Of a DNA stretch of 63,330 nucleotides, positions 25,041-34,775 are shown in pieces (positions within the stretch are counted from its first letter, which is position 1; the number at the start of each line of letters is the position of its first letter). The stretch is from a virus, in the IMG/VR virus record IMGVR_UViG_3300037851_000912, positions 1 through 63,330 of that record, one strand, 5' to 3'. Under the pieces are notes generated by a model. It made no database searches and was not told the DNA's origin. It saw nothing but the letters and a program-made list of their open reading frames with translations. A program made the translations under genes and the position numbers.

Positions 25041-25543
25041 CGACCTTCGGCAAGTTCACGAGGATCAAGCTGCTCGGCGGAGAGCTCCTGCAGGGCGACC
25101 CGACGCAGCAGAACGTCGTCATCCGGAACGCGCTGGTCGAGTCGAAGCGCCGGGCCCACGACCTGCGGCCGGTGTACGAGCGGTGGCTCCCGACGTGGCT
25201 CGAGCAGAACCGACGGGTGTTTGCCGCGGAGGGCCTGCCTGGGCCCTGGGCGCCGCTGTCGCCGGCGTACGCCGCGTGGAAGGCGAAGCGGTACCCGGGC
25301 AAGTCGATCCTGCGGCGGACCGACCGGCTGTACGAGTCGCTGACACAGCGAAGCCCCGACACCGTGTGGGAGATCACCCCGCGGACGATCCGCTTCGGGA
25401 CGCGGGTGCCGTACTGGAAGTACCACCAGACGGGGACGCGCCGGATGCCGGCCCGACCGCCGCTGGTGCTGCTCGACGCGACGTGGCAGGACCTCGTGCG
25501 CCAAGTGAACGCCTACGTGAAGCCGGAGTTCGGCCGTGGCTGA
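25037..25543 (+). CDS. Virion morphogenesis / head-tail joining protein (Mu G-like)
   Basis: ATG 25037. Contains LSPAYAAWKAKRYPGKSILRRTDRLYESL. Confidence 0.45.
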   Translation: MTTFGKFTRIKLLGGELLQGDPTQQNVVIRNALVESKRRAHDLRPVYERWLPTWLEQNRRVFAAEGLPGPWAPLSPAYAAWKAKRYPGKSILRRTDRLYESLTQRSPDTVWEITPRTIRFGTRVPYWKYHQTGTRRMPARPPLVLLDATWQDLVRQVNAYVKPEFGRG

Positions 25544-26078
25544 GCCGAGCCGCGACACGATGGGCGACCGCATCGAGGAGCAGATGCGGGACCTGCTGCT
25601 GGCCTCGGTCGACCTGAGCGAGCTGCAGGTCGTCTACCGGGGAGACCCGTTCCTCGTGCCGGTCTCGCTGCACCCGTTCGGGTACGTGTTCCTGACCGAC
25701 GAGTCGCCGGCGTCGAGCGGGGACGGCTACGGGGCCCTGACCGGGCCGACGTCGTTCTGGAAGTACGAGGGCATCGTCCAGATCGAGGTCGTCCAGCGGG
25801 ACGCGCTGCAGCTGACGCCGGACGCCGGCCGTCGCGCCGACGTCCCGTCGTACTTGAAGTCCCGAGAGCTGATCGCCGCCGCCCGGATGGCGGTGTACGC
25901 CTGGGGCGGTCCCGGCCAGCTGCCGGAGACGAACCGCATCGAGTCGATCGACGGGAAGGAGTCAACGCTCGAGCTGAGGATAGGAGGGACGCAGAACGGG
26001 GTGCTGGCCCGCGGCGACAACGTGACGAACGTCGGGGTGTTCAGCTGGACGGTGTTCACCCGGAGAGAGGAGTTCTGA
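25536..26078 (+). CDS. Neck / tail terminator candidate
   Basis: GTG 25536. The call rests on position before the tube gene. Confidence 0.45.
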   Translation: MAEPSRDTMGDRIEEQMRDLLLASVDLSELQVVYRGDPFLVPVSLHPFGYVFLTDESPASSGDGYGALTGPTSFWKYEGIVQIEVVQRDALQLTPDAGRRADVPSYLKSRELIAAARMAVYAWGGPGQLPETNRIESIDGKESTLELRIGGTQNGVLARGDNVTNVGVFSWTVFTRREEF

Positions 26079-26287
26079 TGAGAGTCCGATGGACGGGGAA
26101 GCGCGTCGGCTGGGACGAGGCGCACATCCCGGGGTTCGGCGACGTGAGGGTCGGGGACGTGATCGAGGTCGACGACGCCGCTGGCGCCGAGATGATCGCC
26201 GTCACCGAGGGGAAGTCAGACTGGGAGCTCGTGAAGGACGCTCCCGCGAAGGCCAAGACGGCCGAGGAGGTGACGGATGGGCGCTGA
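26078..26287 (+). CDS. Hypothetical small protein
   Basis: ATG 26078 (TGATG overlap). Confidence 0.5.
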   Translation: MRVRWTGKRVGWDEAHIPGFGDVRVGDVIEVDDAAGAEMIAVTEGKSDWELVKDAPAKAKTAEEVTDGR

Positions 26288-27311
26288 GCATCTGATGTTC
26301 GCGAAGGAGACCGTGTTCGGGACCTGGGTGGCCGCGACCACGGCGCTCCCGGTCGAGTCGGTGTCGCTCGGCGGCGAGATGCCGCTGATCGAGAACCGCG
26401 ACACCGGCGGCGGCAAGGCGGCCCGGGCGCCGCGAGCCGGGGCCGTCGCGGTCACGGGCGAGATCGCGACGCACATCTACGGGAAGACGCTGCCGGCGCT
26501 CCTTAAGGGCGTCTACGGCACGAAAGCAAAGACGGCCGACGGGACCGGGTTTATCAACAAACTGCTCCCGAACGACGACACGGCGCACGAGTCGTTCTCG
26601 ATGCAGAAGCGGTACAGCGCCGCCGTCGCCGAGTCATTCAAGGGCGTGCGCATCGCCGGCTACAAGGTCGAAGCGTCGGCCGGCGAGCTGGCGAAACTCA
26701 CGGTCCGCACCGAGGGCCAGGACTTCGGCGTGCCGGGCGGCACGTGGACCGACGGCACGTCCGCGCCGGCCGTCCAGTCGCCCTCGTACGCCGCTGGCCA
26801 GACCGACCCGATGGTGTTCTACGAGGGCAGCATCCAGATCGGCGGCACGATCGCGCTCACCTCGGGCGAGATCGTGGTCACCGGCGGCACGCAGCGCCAT
26901 GCGATCGACAACATCAGCTTCGATATCGACTACGGGCTGATCACGGACGACTACGAGGTCTACAAGGACAGCCGCGTCCGGAACAGCATCGACGACGGTG
27001 CGCGGACGATCGAGATCGGCTTCGAGCCGAACTGGGCGACGGTCGGCACCGAGTTCCTGCTCGCGTGGAAGACGCAGGCGACCGCCGTCATCGAGCTGAT
27101 CTTCACGAGCGCGAACACGTACGACACGGCGAAGCCGTACGTCTACAAGTGGACGTTCCCGAGCGTGCGCTACTCGGCAGCCGCGGCCCCGGAGCTCAGC
27201 TCCGAGTACGCGTTGAAGCGCACCAGCGTCGCTGGGCAGGCGTTCTACAACTCGACGGCGACGAGCGACCACGGCCTCGTCATCAAGTGCGACGCCGACC
27301 TGACCCTGTAG
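26277..27311 (+). CDS. Major tail (tube) protein
   Basis: 344 aa. RBS GAGGAGG. Lies upstream of the frameshifting chaperone and the tape measure gene. No sheath gene is present. Confidence 0.6.
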   Translation: MGAEHLMFAKETVFGTWVAATTALPVESVSLGGEMPLIENRDTGGGKAARAPRAGAVAVTGEIATHIYGKTLPALLKGVYGTKAKTADGTGFINKLLPNDDTAHESFSMQKRYSAAVAESFKGVRIAGYKVEASAGELAKLTVRTEGQDFGVPGGTWTDGTSAPAVQSPSYAAGQTDPMVFYEGSIQIGGTIALTSGEIVVTGGTQRHAIDNISFDIDYGLITDDYEVYKDSRVRNSIDDGARTIEIGFEPNWATVGTEFLLAWKTQATAVIELIFTSANTYDTAKPYVYKWTFPSVRYSAAAAPELSSEYALKRTSVAGQAFYNSTATSDHGLVIKCDADLTL

Positions 27312-27321
27312 GCGGTGTGAT

Positions 27322-27900
27322 ATGGGCAAGTCAGAGAGCATCGCCGTCTCGGTGTCGGCCACGGTACCGACCCGTCTCGTGGCTCAGGTGGCGAACCGCC
27401 TCGTCACGAGCGCGAACATGAAGGTCGGCGCGTACACCGTCGCCAACGGCGGTGTAGCGGCCGATGGGAACCCGTTCGTCGTGAGCCTCACGCACACGAC
27501 GGCGACTGGCGCGGACACGCTCGGCACGGTCACGGTGACGGGGACGGACCTCGTCGGCGCGACCGTGCGCGAGACGCTGACGCCCGTCGCCGACGCGATG
27601 GTCGTCGGCAGCCAGGTGTTCAAGACCGTGACCGAGGTCGTTGGCGCCGGGTGGGTCATCAACGGCGGCAACGACACGCTCGTCGTCGGGACGATCCGTG
27701 CCCCGGCGCCGAAGCGGCGGATTCGCGTGCACAACGCCGGGGCGCAGGTCCTGTACCTCGGCGGACCGACCGTGAGCAGCGGCACCGGCGTGGCGGTGGC
27801 AGCCTCGGCCGTCATCGACATCGTGAACGTCGACCCGTTCGAGCTCTACGGGCTCTCGGCGTCGGGCGCTCTCGACGTCAGGATCCTTTCGGTTTGGTGA
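27322..27900 (+). CDS. Structural-module protein, paralog B of 16358..16945
   Basis: By eye, roughly half of the residues are identical over the central ~100 aa shared with 16358..16945. Confidence 0.7.
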   Translation: MGKSESIAVSVSATVPTRLVAQVANRLVTSANMKVGAYTVANGGVAADGNPFVVSLTHTTATGADTLGTVTVTGTDLVGATVRETLTPVADAMVVGSQVFKTVTEVVGAGWVINGGNDTLVVGTIRAPAPKRRIRVHNAGAQVLYLGGPTVSSGTGVAVAASAVIDIVNVDPFELYGLSASGALDVRILSVW

Positions 27901-27906
27901 GCGGGA

Positions 27907-27939
27907 GGCCCGGGCGACCGGGCCATTCCGCACGGAATA
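27907..27939 (+). terminator. Double hairpin: GNRA hairpin plus hairpin element copy 5
   Basis: GGCCCGG-GCGA-CCGGGCC, then CATTCC-GCAC-GGAATA. Followed by AAGGAG and ATG 27953. Confidence 0.65.
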
Positions 27940-27952
27940 GAAGGAGACGACC

Positions 27953-28333
27953 ATGAAGTTCCCGAGCCAGCGCGTCGAGCTCGACCCGCAGAAGTTCGGC
28001 ACGACGAACGCGGGCGAGACGCTGTGGATGGACCTGCCCGTCACCGTCAAGGAGCTGTTCGTCAAGCAGCTGCGGAGCGTCGGGGATGACCCCGGCAATG
28101 TGAAGGCGAACGGGCTGATCCTGTCGCTCGTCTCGGCGTGGAACCTCGACGACGAGGCCGGCACGGTGCTGCCGCTGTTCCGCGACATCGACAGGAAGAA
28201 GTGGGCCGAGGCGTTCGACGGTCTGCCGGTCGGGCTCGCCGGGTACATCGCCCGGACCGTGGTCGGCACGATGACCGAGGGCATCCTGGGAAACTCGAAG
28301 ACTTCGTCCGAGCCGTCGAGTCCGGCCGAGTAG
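27953..28333 (+). CDS. Tail assembly chaperone (G-like, zero-frame product)
   Basis: Directly upstream of the tape measure gene. Contains the slippery site. Confidence 0.75.
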   Translation: MKFPSQRVELDPQKFGTTNAGETLWMDLPVTVKELFVKQLRSVGDDPGNVKANGLILSLVSAWNLDDEAGTVLPLFRDIDRKKWAEAFDGLPVGLAGYIARTVVGTMTEGILGNSKTSSEPSSPAE

Positions 28334-28575
28334 CGAAGGTCAAGCCGCGGACCGCGTTCAGCTCGGAGGCCGCCTGGCTCGAGCATCTGGAGGCGTTTCA
28401 GATCCTGAGGCGGTCGAGTCTGGTGCTTGAGACGCATTGGACGTTCGCCGAGCTGGACGACCAGGCGGCATGGGACATCGAGGGGTTGGAGCACTTCCTG
28501 AGAATCCGAGCCGGCGTACGACGAGAAAGGCAGGCCGTCGAGGAGATGCGACGGAGGAGTAGGGGTCGACGGTGA
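27953..28575 (+). CDS. Tail assembly chaperone -1 frameshift fusion (G-T-like): 27953..28294 joined to 28294..28575
   Basis: After slippage the reading is GKLEDFVRAVESGRVAKVKPRTAF..., matching track ORF 28138..28575. Its stop overlaps the tape measure GTG. Confidence 0.7.
28288..28294 (+). promoter_or_regulatory. -1 programmed frameshift slippery heptamer G GGA AAC
   Basis: An X XXY YYZ motif in the correct zero frame (codons GGA 28289, AAC 28292). The -1 frame stays open to 28575. Confidence 0.75.
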
Positions 28576-31517
28576 GTCGAGAGCAGAGCCTGATCGAGAT
28601 CCTGAGCACGGCGCAGACCGCCGGGATCGACGCCGCCATCGCGGCGATCGACCGCGAGAACGCGTCGCTGTCCCGCTTCTCGGCCACGGCCGGCTCTGTC
28701 AACGTCGACCGCCTGAGCCAGAGCTCCGCGTCGGCCGTCCAGTCGCTGTCAGCGGTCGGCGAGGAAGCCGGTAAGACCGGCGCCGCGCTGGAGCAGCTGT
28801 CGAGCGACCCGACGCGCATCCTGATCGTCGGCGAGACCGAGCAGGCGCAGATGGCGATCGCCCAGGTCGAGGCCGACCTCGACCGGGTGGAGGACGTCAC
28901 GCGAGTCGTCGTCGACGCCGACAACAGCTCCGCGATGTCGGCGCTCGCCAGTACCGAGTCCAAGCTGCAGGAGATCCAGCAGCCGGTCGTCATCCCGGTC
29001 GATGCGAACGTGTCGTCGGCGCAGAGCGCCGTCGGCGGGCTGCAGTCGTCGCTGAACGGCCTCGGTTCCTCGGGCGGTGTGGCCGGCCGGGCGCTGGCCG
29101 GGCTTGGCGGCGCGGCTATGGCCTCGAGCAGCGGGGTGCAGGGCCTCGCCAGCTCCGCGGTCGGGATGACGTCGACGCTCGGTCCGGCTGGCATCGCCAT
29201 CGCTGGGGCGGCGGTCGCCATCGGCGCCGTCGGCGCGGCGTCGCTCGGGGCTGCCGGCGAGATGGAGCGGTACGAGACGCAGCTCGGCGTCCTGCTCGGC
29301 TCGACCGAGCGGGCGCAGGAGCGCATCGCCGAGCTGGTGGAGTTTGCGGCGAAGACGCCGTTCGAGATCCCGGAGGTCGTGCGGGCGTCGAAGGTGCTGC
29401 AGACGTTCGGCGGCGACCTGCTCGCGACCGGCGAGAGCCTGCGCTTCGTCGGCGACGTCGCTGCCGGGACCGGAACCCCGTTCGAGGAGATGGCGCTCCT
29501 GCTCGGCCGCATCAAGACGAGCCTCGAGTCGGGCTTGGTCCCGAGCGAACAGATCATGCGGCTGCAGGCGATGGGTGCCCTGACGGTCGATGGCCGCCAG
29601 AAGATCATGGACTTCGCCGAAGCGGTCCGGAACGGCACGGCCGACGGCGCCGAGGGCTTCGCGCTGCTGCAGGACCAGATGAGCATCTTCAGCGGCATGA
29701 TGGTCGCGCAGTCCGCGACGTTCGAGGGCAAGATGTCGAACCTCGCCGACGCCATCGGCGGGGTGTTCCGCTCGATCGGGAAACTGCTGCTCCCGGCCGC
29801 GAAGGCGTTCGTCGACATCCTGATCCCGATCGTGAACGGGGTGAGCAAGTTCATCGACGGGCTGAGCGGCACGACGAAGGCGACCGGCCCGCTGAACACG
29901 ATCATGAACAACGCGGTGCGCATCTGGAGCTCGCTGTTCGGCATCGTCGGCGACCTCGTGGGCTGGCTGGGGCCGCGCCTCGCACCGGCGTTCACCATCG
30001 TGGGCACCGCGGTGAACGCCGTCGTCACGGTCTGGGCCACGCTCAGCGACGCGTTCATGTGGTTCATCGACACGATCGCGCCAGCGGTCGGAACGGTGAT
30101 GGGCGCCATCGGTAGCGCGTTCGACACGTTCCAGCGGACGATCGGGGACCTTGCCGCCACCGTGATCGGGGTCGTCGCGACGGTCGCCGAGGCCGCTGCC
30201 GCCATCCCGGGCCCGTGGCAGGAGGGCGCCACGGCGGTCGCCACGACGCTGAACGCGATGAAGACCGAGGTCGACGCGTGGGGCGAGAGCACCGTGGCGC
30301 GCCTCGCCGCGACCGGGCAGGACGGCCCGGCGGTGCTCGGGGCCGAGCTGGCGTCCGGGGCCGATGTGGTGCAAGCCGGCGCCGAGTCGATGTCCGACCC
30401 GATCGCCGGTGCCGTGCAGGGCGCGCAGGACGACGCCAAGGCGATTGCCAGGGCGACGCCCGGCGAGATCGCGAAGTCGCTGGCCGAGGGCCGCGCGACG
30501 GTGACGCAGGCCGGGTCCGTCCTCGCTGACGCCATCACGAACGCCGTCGACCCGGCGAAGGAGCGGGCGCGCATCATCGGCGTCCTGACCGGGAACGCCA
30601 TCGGCGATGGGCTGACCAGCACGAACGCGGCGACGCGAGCTGCCGCGCAGAAGCAGTACGACGCGCTCGTGAAGGACCTCGACGACCCGAACCTGTCGCC
30701 GGCAGCTCGGTGGGCGAAGGAAGGTCTGAAGATGGGCGCCGACCTCGCGGTCGCCCTGAACAGCACGAACCCGGAGGTGTACGCCGCCGGCGACTACGTC
30801 AAGACGACGCTCGAGGAGCGCCTGTTCGCGCTCGAGAAGGGCGTCCCGCAGATCGCGGTCGACACAGGCACGGCGTACGCCGACGCGCTGGACAGCACGA
30901 AGGAGGACGTCAAGCGGGCTGCCGACCTCGTGAACCAGCGTGCCCGTCTCGGCTGGCCGGACGCGACGGTGAACAGCTGGGGTCGCAACGTCGGCGAGGA
31001 GTTCGCGGACGGCCTCGAGTCGGCGAAAGAGTCGATCAGGATCGCCGCCCTGCGGGCGCTGGCCTGGGGCGCCGCCGCCTTCCGGGGCGCGTCGCCGCCG
31101 AAGATCGGGCCGTTCCACCTGATTGACAAGTACGGCGAGAACATCATCGAGCAGTTCGCGATCGGCATGGAGCGCAGGTCTCCGTGGCTGCGCGACCGGG
31201 CGATCAAGATGCTCGAGGACGCCGGCGCCGCCTTCCGAATCGACGACTGGCTGATCGGGGACAACAACGTGCCCGTCCGGATCGGCGGGCCGAAGCCCGC
31301 AACGCCCACCGGCGGAGGGACGGCTGGCGGGTACGCCGGGACGGTGTCGAACGCGTACTTCAACGTCGCCGGGTCGTACATCACGATTGAGACGGTCGAA
31401 GTGAACCTGCCGTCGACGTGGCGAGGCACGCCGCAGGACACGCAGGACCTCGCCGAGTCGCTGGCGCGTGACATCCGGCTGCAGACCGTCGCGTACGCCA
31501 CGTCCGGGGTCGGCTGA
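28572..31517 (+). CDS. Tape measure protein (981 aa)
   Basis: Long Ala/Gly-rich helical protein directly after the chaperone pair. Confidence 0.85.
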   Translation: MSREQSLIEILSTAQTAGIDAAIAAIDRENASLSRFSATAGSVNVDRLSQSSASAVQSLSAVGEEAGKTGAALEQLSSDPTRILIVGETEQAQMAIAQVEADLDRVEDVTRVVVDADNSSAMSALASTESKLQEIQQPVVIPVDANVSSAQSAVGGLQSSLNGLGSSGGVAGRALAGLGGAAMASSSGVQGLASSAVGMTSTLGPAGIAIAGAAVAIGAVGAASLGAAGEMERYETQLGVLLGSTERAQERIAELVEFAAKTPFEIPEVVRASKVLQTFGGDLLATGESLRFVGDVAAGTGTPFEEMALLLGRIKTSLESGLVPSEQIMRLQAMGALTVDGRQKIMDFAEAVRNGTADGAEGFALLQDQMSIFSGMMVAQSATFEGKMSNLADAIGGVFRSIGKLLLPAAKAFVDILIPIVNGVSKFIDGLSGTTKATGPLNTIMNNAVRIWSSLFGIVGDLVGWLGPRLAPAFTIVGTAVNAVVTVWATLSDAFMWFIDTIAPAVGTVMGAIGSAFDTFQRTIGDLAATVIGVVATVAEAAAAIPGPWQEGATAVATTLNAMKTEVDAWGESTVARLAATGQDGPAVLGAELASGADVVQAGAESMSDPIAGAVQGAQDDAKAIARATPGEIAKSLAEGRATVTQAGSVLADAITNAVDPAKERARIIGVLTGNAIGDGLTSTNAATRAAAQKQYDALVKDLDDPNLSPAARWAKEGLKMGADLAVALNSTNPEVYAAGDYVKTTLEERLFALEKGVPQIAVDTGTAYADALDSTKEDVKRAADLVNQRARLGWPDATVNSWGRNVGEEFADGLESAKESIRIAALRALAWGAAAFRGASPPKIGPFHLIDKYGENIIEQFAIGMERRSPWLRDRAIKMLEDAGAAFRIDDWLIGDNNVPVRIGGPKPATPTGGGTAGGYAGTVSNAYFNVAGSYITIETVEVNLPSTWRGTPQDTQDLAESLARDIRLQTVAYATSGVG

Positions 31518-34500
31518 TGACCCGGACAATCAAGGTCGGCGGCGTCGACATCACGACGTACGTCCGGCGCCCGTCGTTCAGCGCCTCGCAGCGGGCGTAC
31601 AGCGGGGTCATGACCTGCCAGTTCGACGTCGAGTGGTTCCGCAACCCGAGCCTCCTGCTCCAGGAGGAGGCCGAGGTCGAGTGGATCGAGGAGGGGACCA
31701 CCGCGTTCAAGGGCAGCGTCCGGGTCCTGAACGAGTGGGAGCTCAAGGGCGACTTGCTGATGGCGAGCATCACGGCGCAGGACTACACGCGCCTGGCCGC
31801 CGACGACGTGGTGGACGCGAACGTCGTCCGCACGACGCAGGAGACCGACAAGCAGCGCATCACGTGGCTGTTCAGCACGTACGGCACGCACGGGATCACG
31901 GTCGGGGCCGACTGCCAGACGCTGATGGCCTCGTTCCCGCTCGACTCGGGCGGTCAGGCGACGCAGGACTTCAGCGGCAAGAGCCTCGCCGAGTGCCTGC
32001 AGGACATCGCGACGATGGCCGGCGCGCAATGGTACGTCGACGCGACCAAGAGCCTGCATTGGTTCGTCAAGGAGAATGCCGCAAGCCCGTGGCTGCTGTC
32101 CGACCAGCCGAACGACACGACGTCGTTCGGGTACGAGAACCTGCAGCTGCCGCGTGACACGGTCGGCGTCCGCAACCGGCTCTTGGTCATCGGGTCGGCG
32201 GCGTACAGCGGGTGGTTCGACGAGTTCGACAGCCAGGCCGCCTACGGCATCCGCGAGGCGAGTATCCGCGACGCGACAATCGAGGCGCCGGCGAAGGCCG
32301 GCCAGGTCGCGACCGCGTTCTTCGCAGCGAACGCGTGGCCGAAGCAGGACGGGTCCTGCCGCGTCTGGAAGCAGGGGCTCCGGCCCGGGATGCTCGTCGA
32401 TTTCGAGCATTCCGCACGGAACATCGCGACGCCGCTGCAGTTCAGGGACGCGCTGCTCCGGGCCGGCAGCCTCGGCGTGTACCTGCGGCTCGGCGAGGCG
32501 TCGGGCGGCCCGAAGGACAGCAGCGGGAACGGCAACAACGCGACGGCGTTCAACACGCCGACGTACGGCGCGGCCGGGGCGCTGGCGAAGGACCCGAACA
32601 AGGCGATGACGTTCGCCGGGGCGTCGCTTGAGTACCTGACGGTGCCCGACCACGCGACGATCGACTTCGGCGACACGGTCACGTTCGGGGCATGGGTGAA
32701 GCGGAGCTCGGCGGCGCTCCACGGGCTGATGTCGAAGGGCACCGGCAGCCTCGGCGTGCGCTGGGACGCCTCGAACAAGATCGTGGCCTACGCTGTCGGC
32801 GGCGCGACCCTGAAGACGTCGTCCACGTCGTGCCCGAGCGACGGCGCGTGGCATCTCGTCGTCGTGACGAAGTCGGGCTCCACCACGACGGTGTACATCG
32901 ACGGCGCCGACGCCGGCGGGACCGGCACGAACGCGACGCTGACGAACACGACGACCGACCTCTCGATCGGGCGCGACAGCGTGCCGAACTACCTGACCGG
33001 GTCGCTTGACGAGGTGTGGATTGCCACGACCGCGTACAGCGCGGCAACGGTCGCGAACCTGTACAAGTACGGCAAGGGCACCCGGGCCTCGTTCCAGCTG
33101 ACGCAGGTGACGACCCGGCTCGAGGCGGCGCGGCCGGTGTACGAGCTCCGCTTCGGGAACGCGCCGATCAGCCTGGGCACCCTGTTCGCGCAGGTGCAGA
33201 ACGGCGTCGTCGGGGCTGTCCAGATCGCGGACGACGCCGCCACCGGCGACGCGATCCCGCCGGCAGTCCCGACCGGGCTGTCGCTCAGCACGACGCTGAC
33301 GCAGGGCGACGACGGGTCGGAGCACGTCGCCCTCGACGCGACGTGGACGGCGAACACGGAGGACGACCTCGCGTACTACGAGTTGCAGGCAGAGGAGTCG
33401 CTGTCCGGGTCCGTCGCGTTCACCGTCACGGCCAGCGGCACGGGCGGGACACTCGGGGCCGGCGATTACTGGGTGGTCGTGACCGGCGTGCCGCTGGTCG
33501 ACGGCGTGGAGTCGGGGCAGACGGCCCGTGGAACGGCGAAGAAGGTCACGCTGACGGCCGGCCAGCGGCTGTACGTGAACATCACGGCGAAGACCGGGTG
33601 CCAGCGGTACCGCGTCTATGCCTCGCGGAGCGAGGACCCGGCGTACTGGTCGTACACGACGACGACCGGCTCCGACGTCGAGGTGACGGCGGAGGGCTCG
33701 GGCGGCACGGCGCCCACGGCCTCGACCGCCGTCGCGTTCATCAAGCCGATGACGCGGACGACCGGCACGACGGCGACCCGCTTCGCGCCGGTCCGCGGGA
33801 ACGACACGCACGGAGTTAGGATCCGCGCCCTCGACGTGTCGGGCAACGCGTCGGCGTTCTCGGGGATCCAGACGATCGTGACGGCGAAGGATGCGACCGC
33901 TCCGTCGATCCCGGGCGGCCTGACCGCAAACAGCGGGTATCGGCTGCTCGGGTGCCGGTGGAACGCCGTGAGCGATGCCGACCTCGACCGCTACGAGATC
34001 CGCTGCGCTCCCGAGAGCGCCACGCCCGGCACGCCGGATGCCGAGCTGTGGAAGAGGGCGCACGTCCACGGGACGATCGCCGTGCTGGACGGCCTCGAGC
34101 CAGACGTCCTGTACTACGTCCAGGTCCGGGCGGTCGACCGCTCGAACAACGTGCGGACGAGCAAGTACGTCTCCGATGCTGTCGACGCAGACACGTACCC
34201 GGACGCGGGCTGGTCGAACGACGGGACGGACGAGCCCTACGAGACCGGGACGCCGAGCGTCATCGGCGCCGCCGACGTCGCGTTCAACAGCGTCGTCACG
34301 CAGCTGCTCGACGCTGGCACCATCAGCGCCGACCAAGTCACGACCGGGACGCTGACCATCAGCGGGCAGCCCGGCGCCGACGCGCCACAGCTCCTGCTCG
34401 TGCTCGACACGGGCGGCGACGAGGTGCTTCGCCTCGACGAGTACGGCCTGGTCGTCCGCGACAGCGTGCTCCAGACGACTGCGATGCGGCTGAAGAACGG

Positions 34501-34774
34501 CGTGCTCGAGTTCACCGAGGGGTACAACGAAAGCGATCCGGACGCGTCGCCGTGGACGACCGCCGTCAGCGCGGACGGCATCGTGGCCGACCGCATCACG
34601 AGCGGCAAGCTGGGCGGCGGCCACAACAGCCTGCCGAACGCCGGCTTCGAGCTGACGGCGTTCTCGACGACGTTCACGACCGAGTGGACGTCGCAGTCGG
34701 ACTTCGCAGGGTGGCTGACGGGGACGAACCTGAACGTCACCGCCGACGCTGCGAACAGCCTGAAGGTGAGCTGA
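31517..34774 (+). CDS. Minor tail protein with LamG/concanavalin-like and FN3-like domains (1085 aa)
   Basis: The LamG-like segment runs LRLGEASGGPKDSSGNGNNA...GSLDEVWIATTAYSAATVANLY. Its position after the tape measure gene fits a distal tail protein. Confidence 0.7.
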   Translation: MTRTIKVGGVDITTYVRRPSFSASQRAYSGVMTCQFDVEWFRNPSLLLQEEAEVEWIEEGTTAFKGSVRVLNEWELKGDLLMASITAQDYTRLAADDVVDANVVRTTQETDKQRITWLFSTYGTHGITVGADCQTLMASFPLDSGGQATQDFSGKSLAECLQDIATMAGAQWYVDATKSLHWFVKENAASPWLLSDQPNDTTSFGYENLQLPRDTVGVRNRLLVIGSAAYSGWFDEFDSQAAYGIREASIRDATIEAPAKAGQVATAFFAANAWPKQDGSCRVWKQGLRPGMLVDFEHSARNIATPLQFRDALLRAGSLGVYLRLGEASGGPKDSSGNGNNATAFNTPTYGAAGALAKDPNKAMTFAGASLEYLTVPDHATIDFGDTVTFGAWVKRSSAALHGLMSKGTGSLGVRWDASNKIVAYAVGGATLKTSSTSCPSDGAWHLVVVTKSGSTTTVYIDGADAGGTGTNATLTNTTTDLSIGRDSVPNYLTGSLDEVWIATTAYSAATVANLYKYGKGTRASFQLTQVTTRLEAARPVYELRFGNAPISLGTLFAQVQNGVVGAVQIADDAATGDAIPPAVPTGLSLSTTLTQGDDGSEHVALDATWTANTEDDLAYYELQAEESLSGSVAFTVTASGTGGTLGAGDYWVVVTGVPLVDGVESGQTARGTAKKVTLTAGQRLYVNITAKTGCQRYRVYASRSEDPAYWSYTTTTGSDVEVTAEGSGGTAPTASTAVAFIKPMTRTTGTTATRFAPVRGNDTHGVRIRALDVSGNASAFSGIQTIVTAKDATAPSIPGGLTANSGYRLLGCRWNAVSDADLDRYEIRCAPESATPGTPDAELWKRAHVHGTIAVLDGLEPDVLYYVQVRAVDRSNNVRTSKYVSDAVDADTYPDAGWSNDGTDEPYETGTPSVIGAADVAFNSVVTQLLDAGTISADQVTTGTLTISGQPGADAPQLLLVLDTGGDEVLRLDEYGLVVRDSVLQTTAMRLKNGVLEFTEGYNESDPDASPWTTAVSADGIVADRITSGKLGGGHNSLPNAGFELTAFSTTFTTEWTSQSDFAGWLTGTNLNVTADAANSLKVS
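32408..32423 (+). repeat. Hairpin element copy 6 (15/16 match), internal to a CDS
   Basis: CATTCCGCACGGAACA encodes ..HSARN.. inside the tail gene. Confidence 0.5.
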
Positions 34775-34775
34775 C

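Noticed and set aside
32408-32423. Hairpin-element copy inside the tail gene read as a transcription terminator
   Set aside because: It lies mid-CDS in an essential structural gene and matches only 15/16. It may be an attenuator or a chance-retained copy, so I list it as a repeat only.
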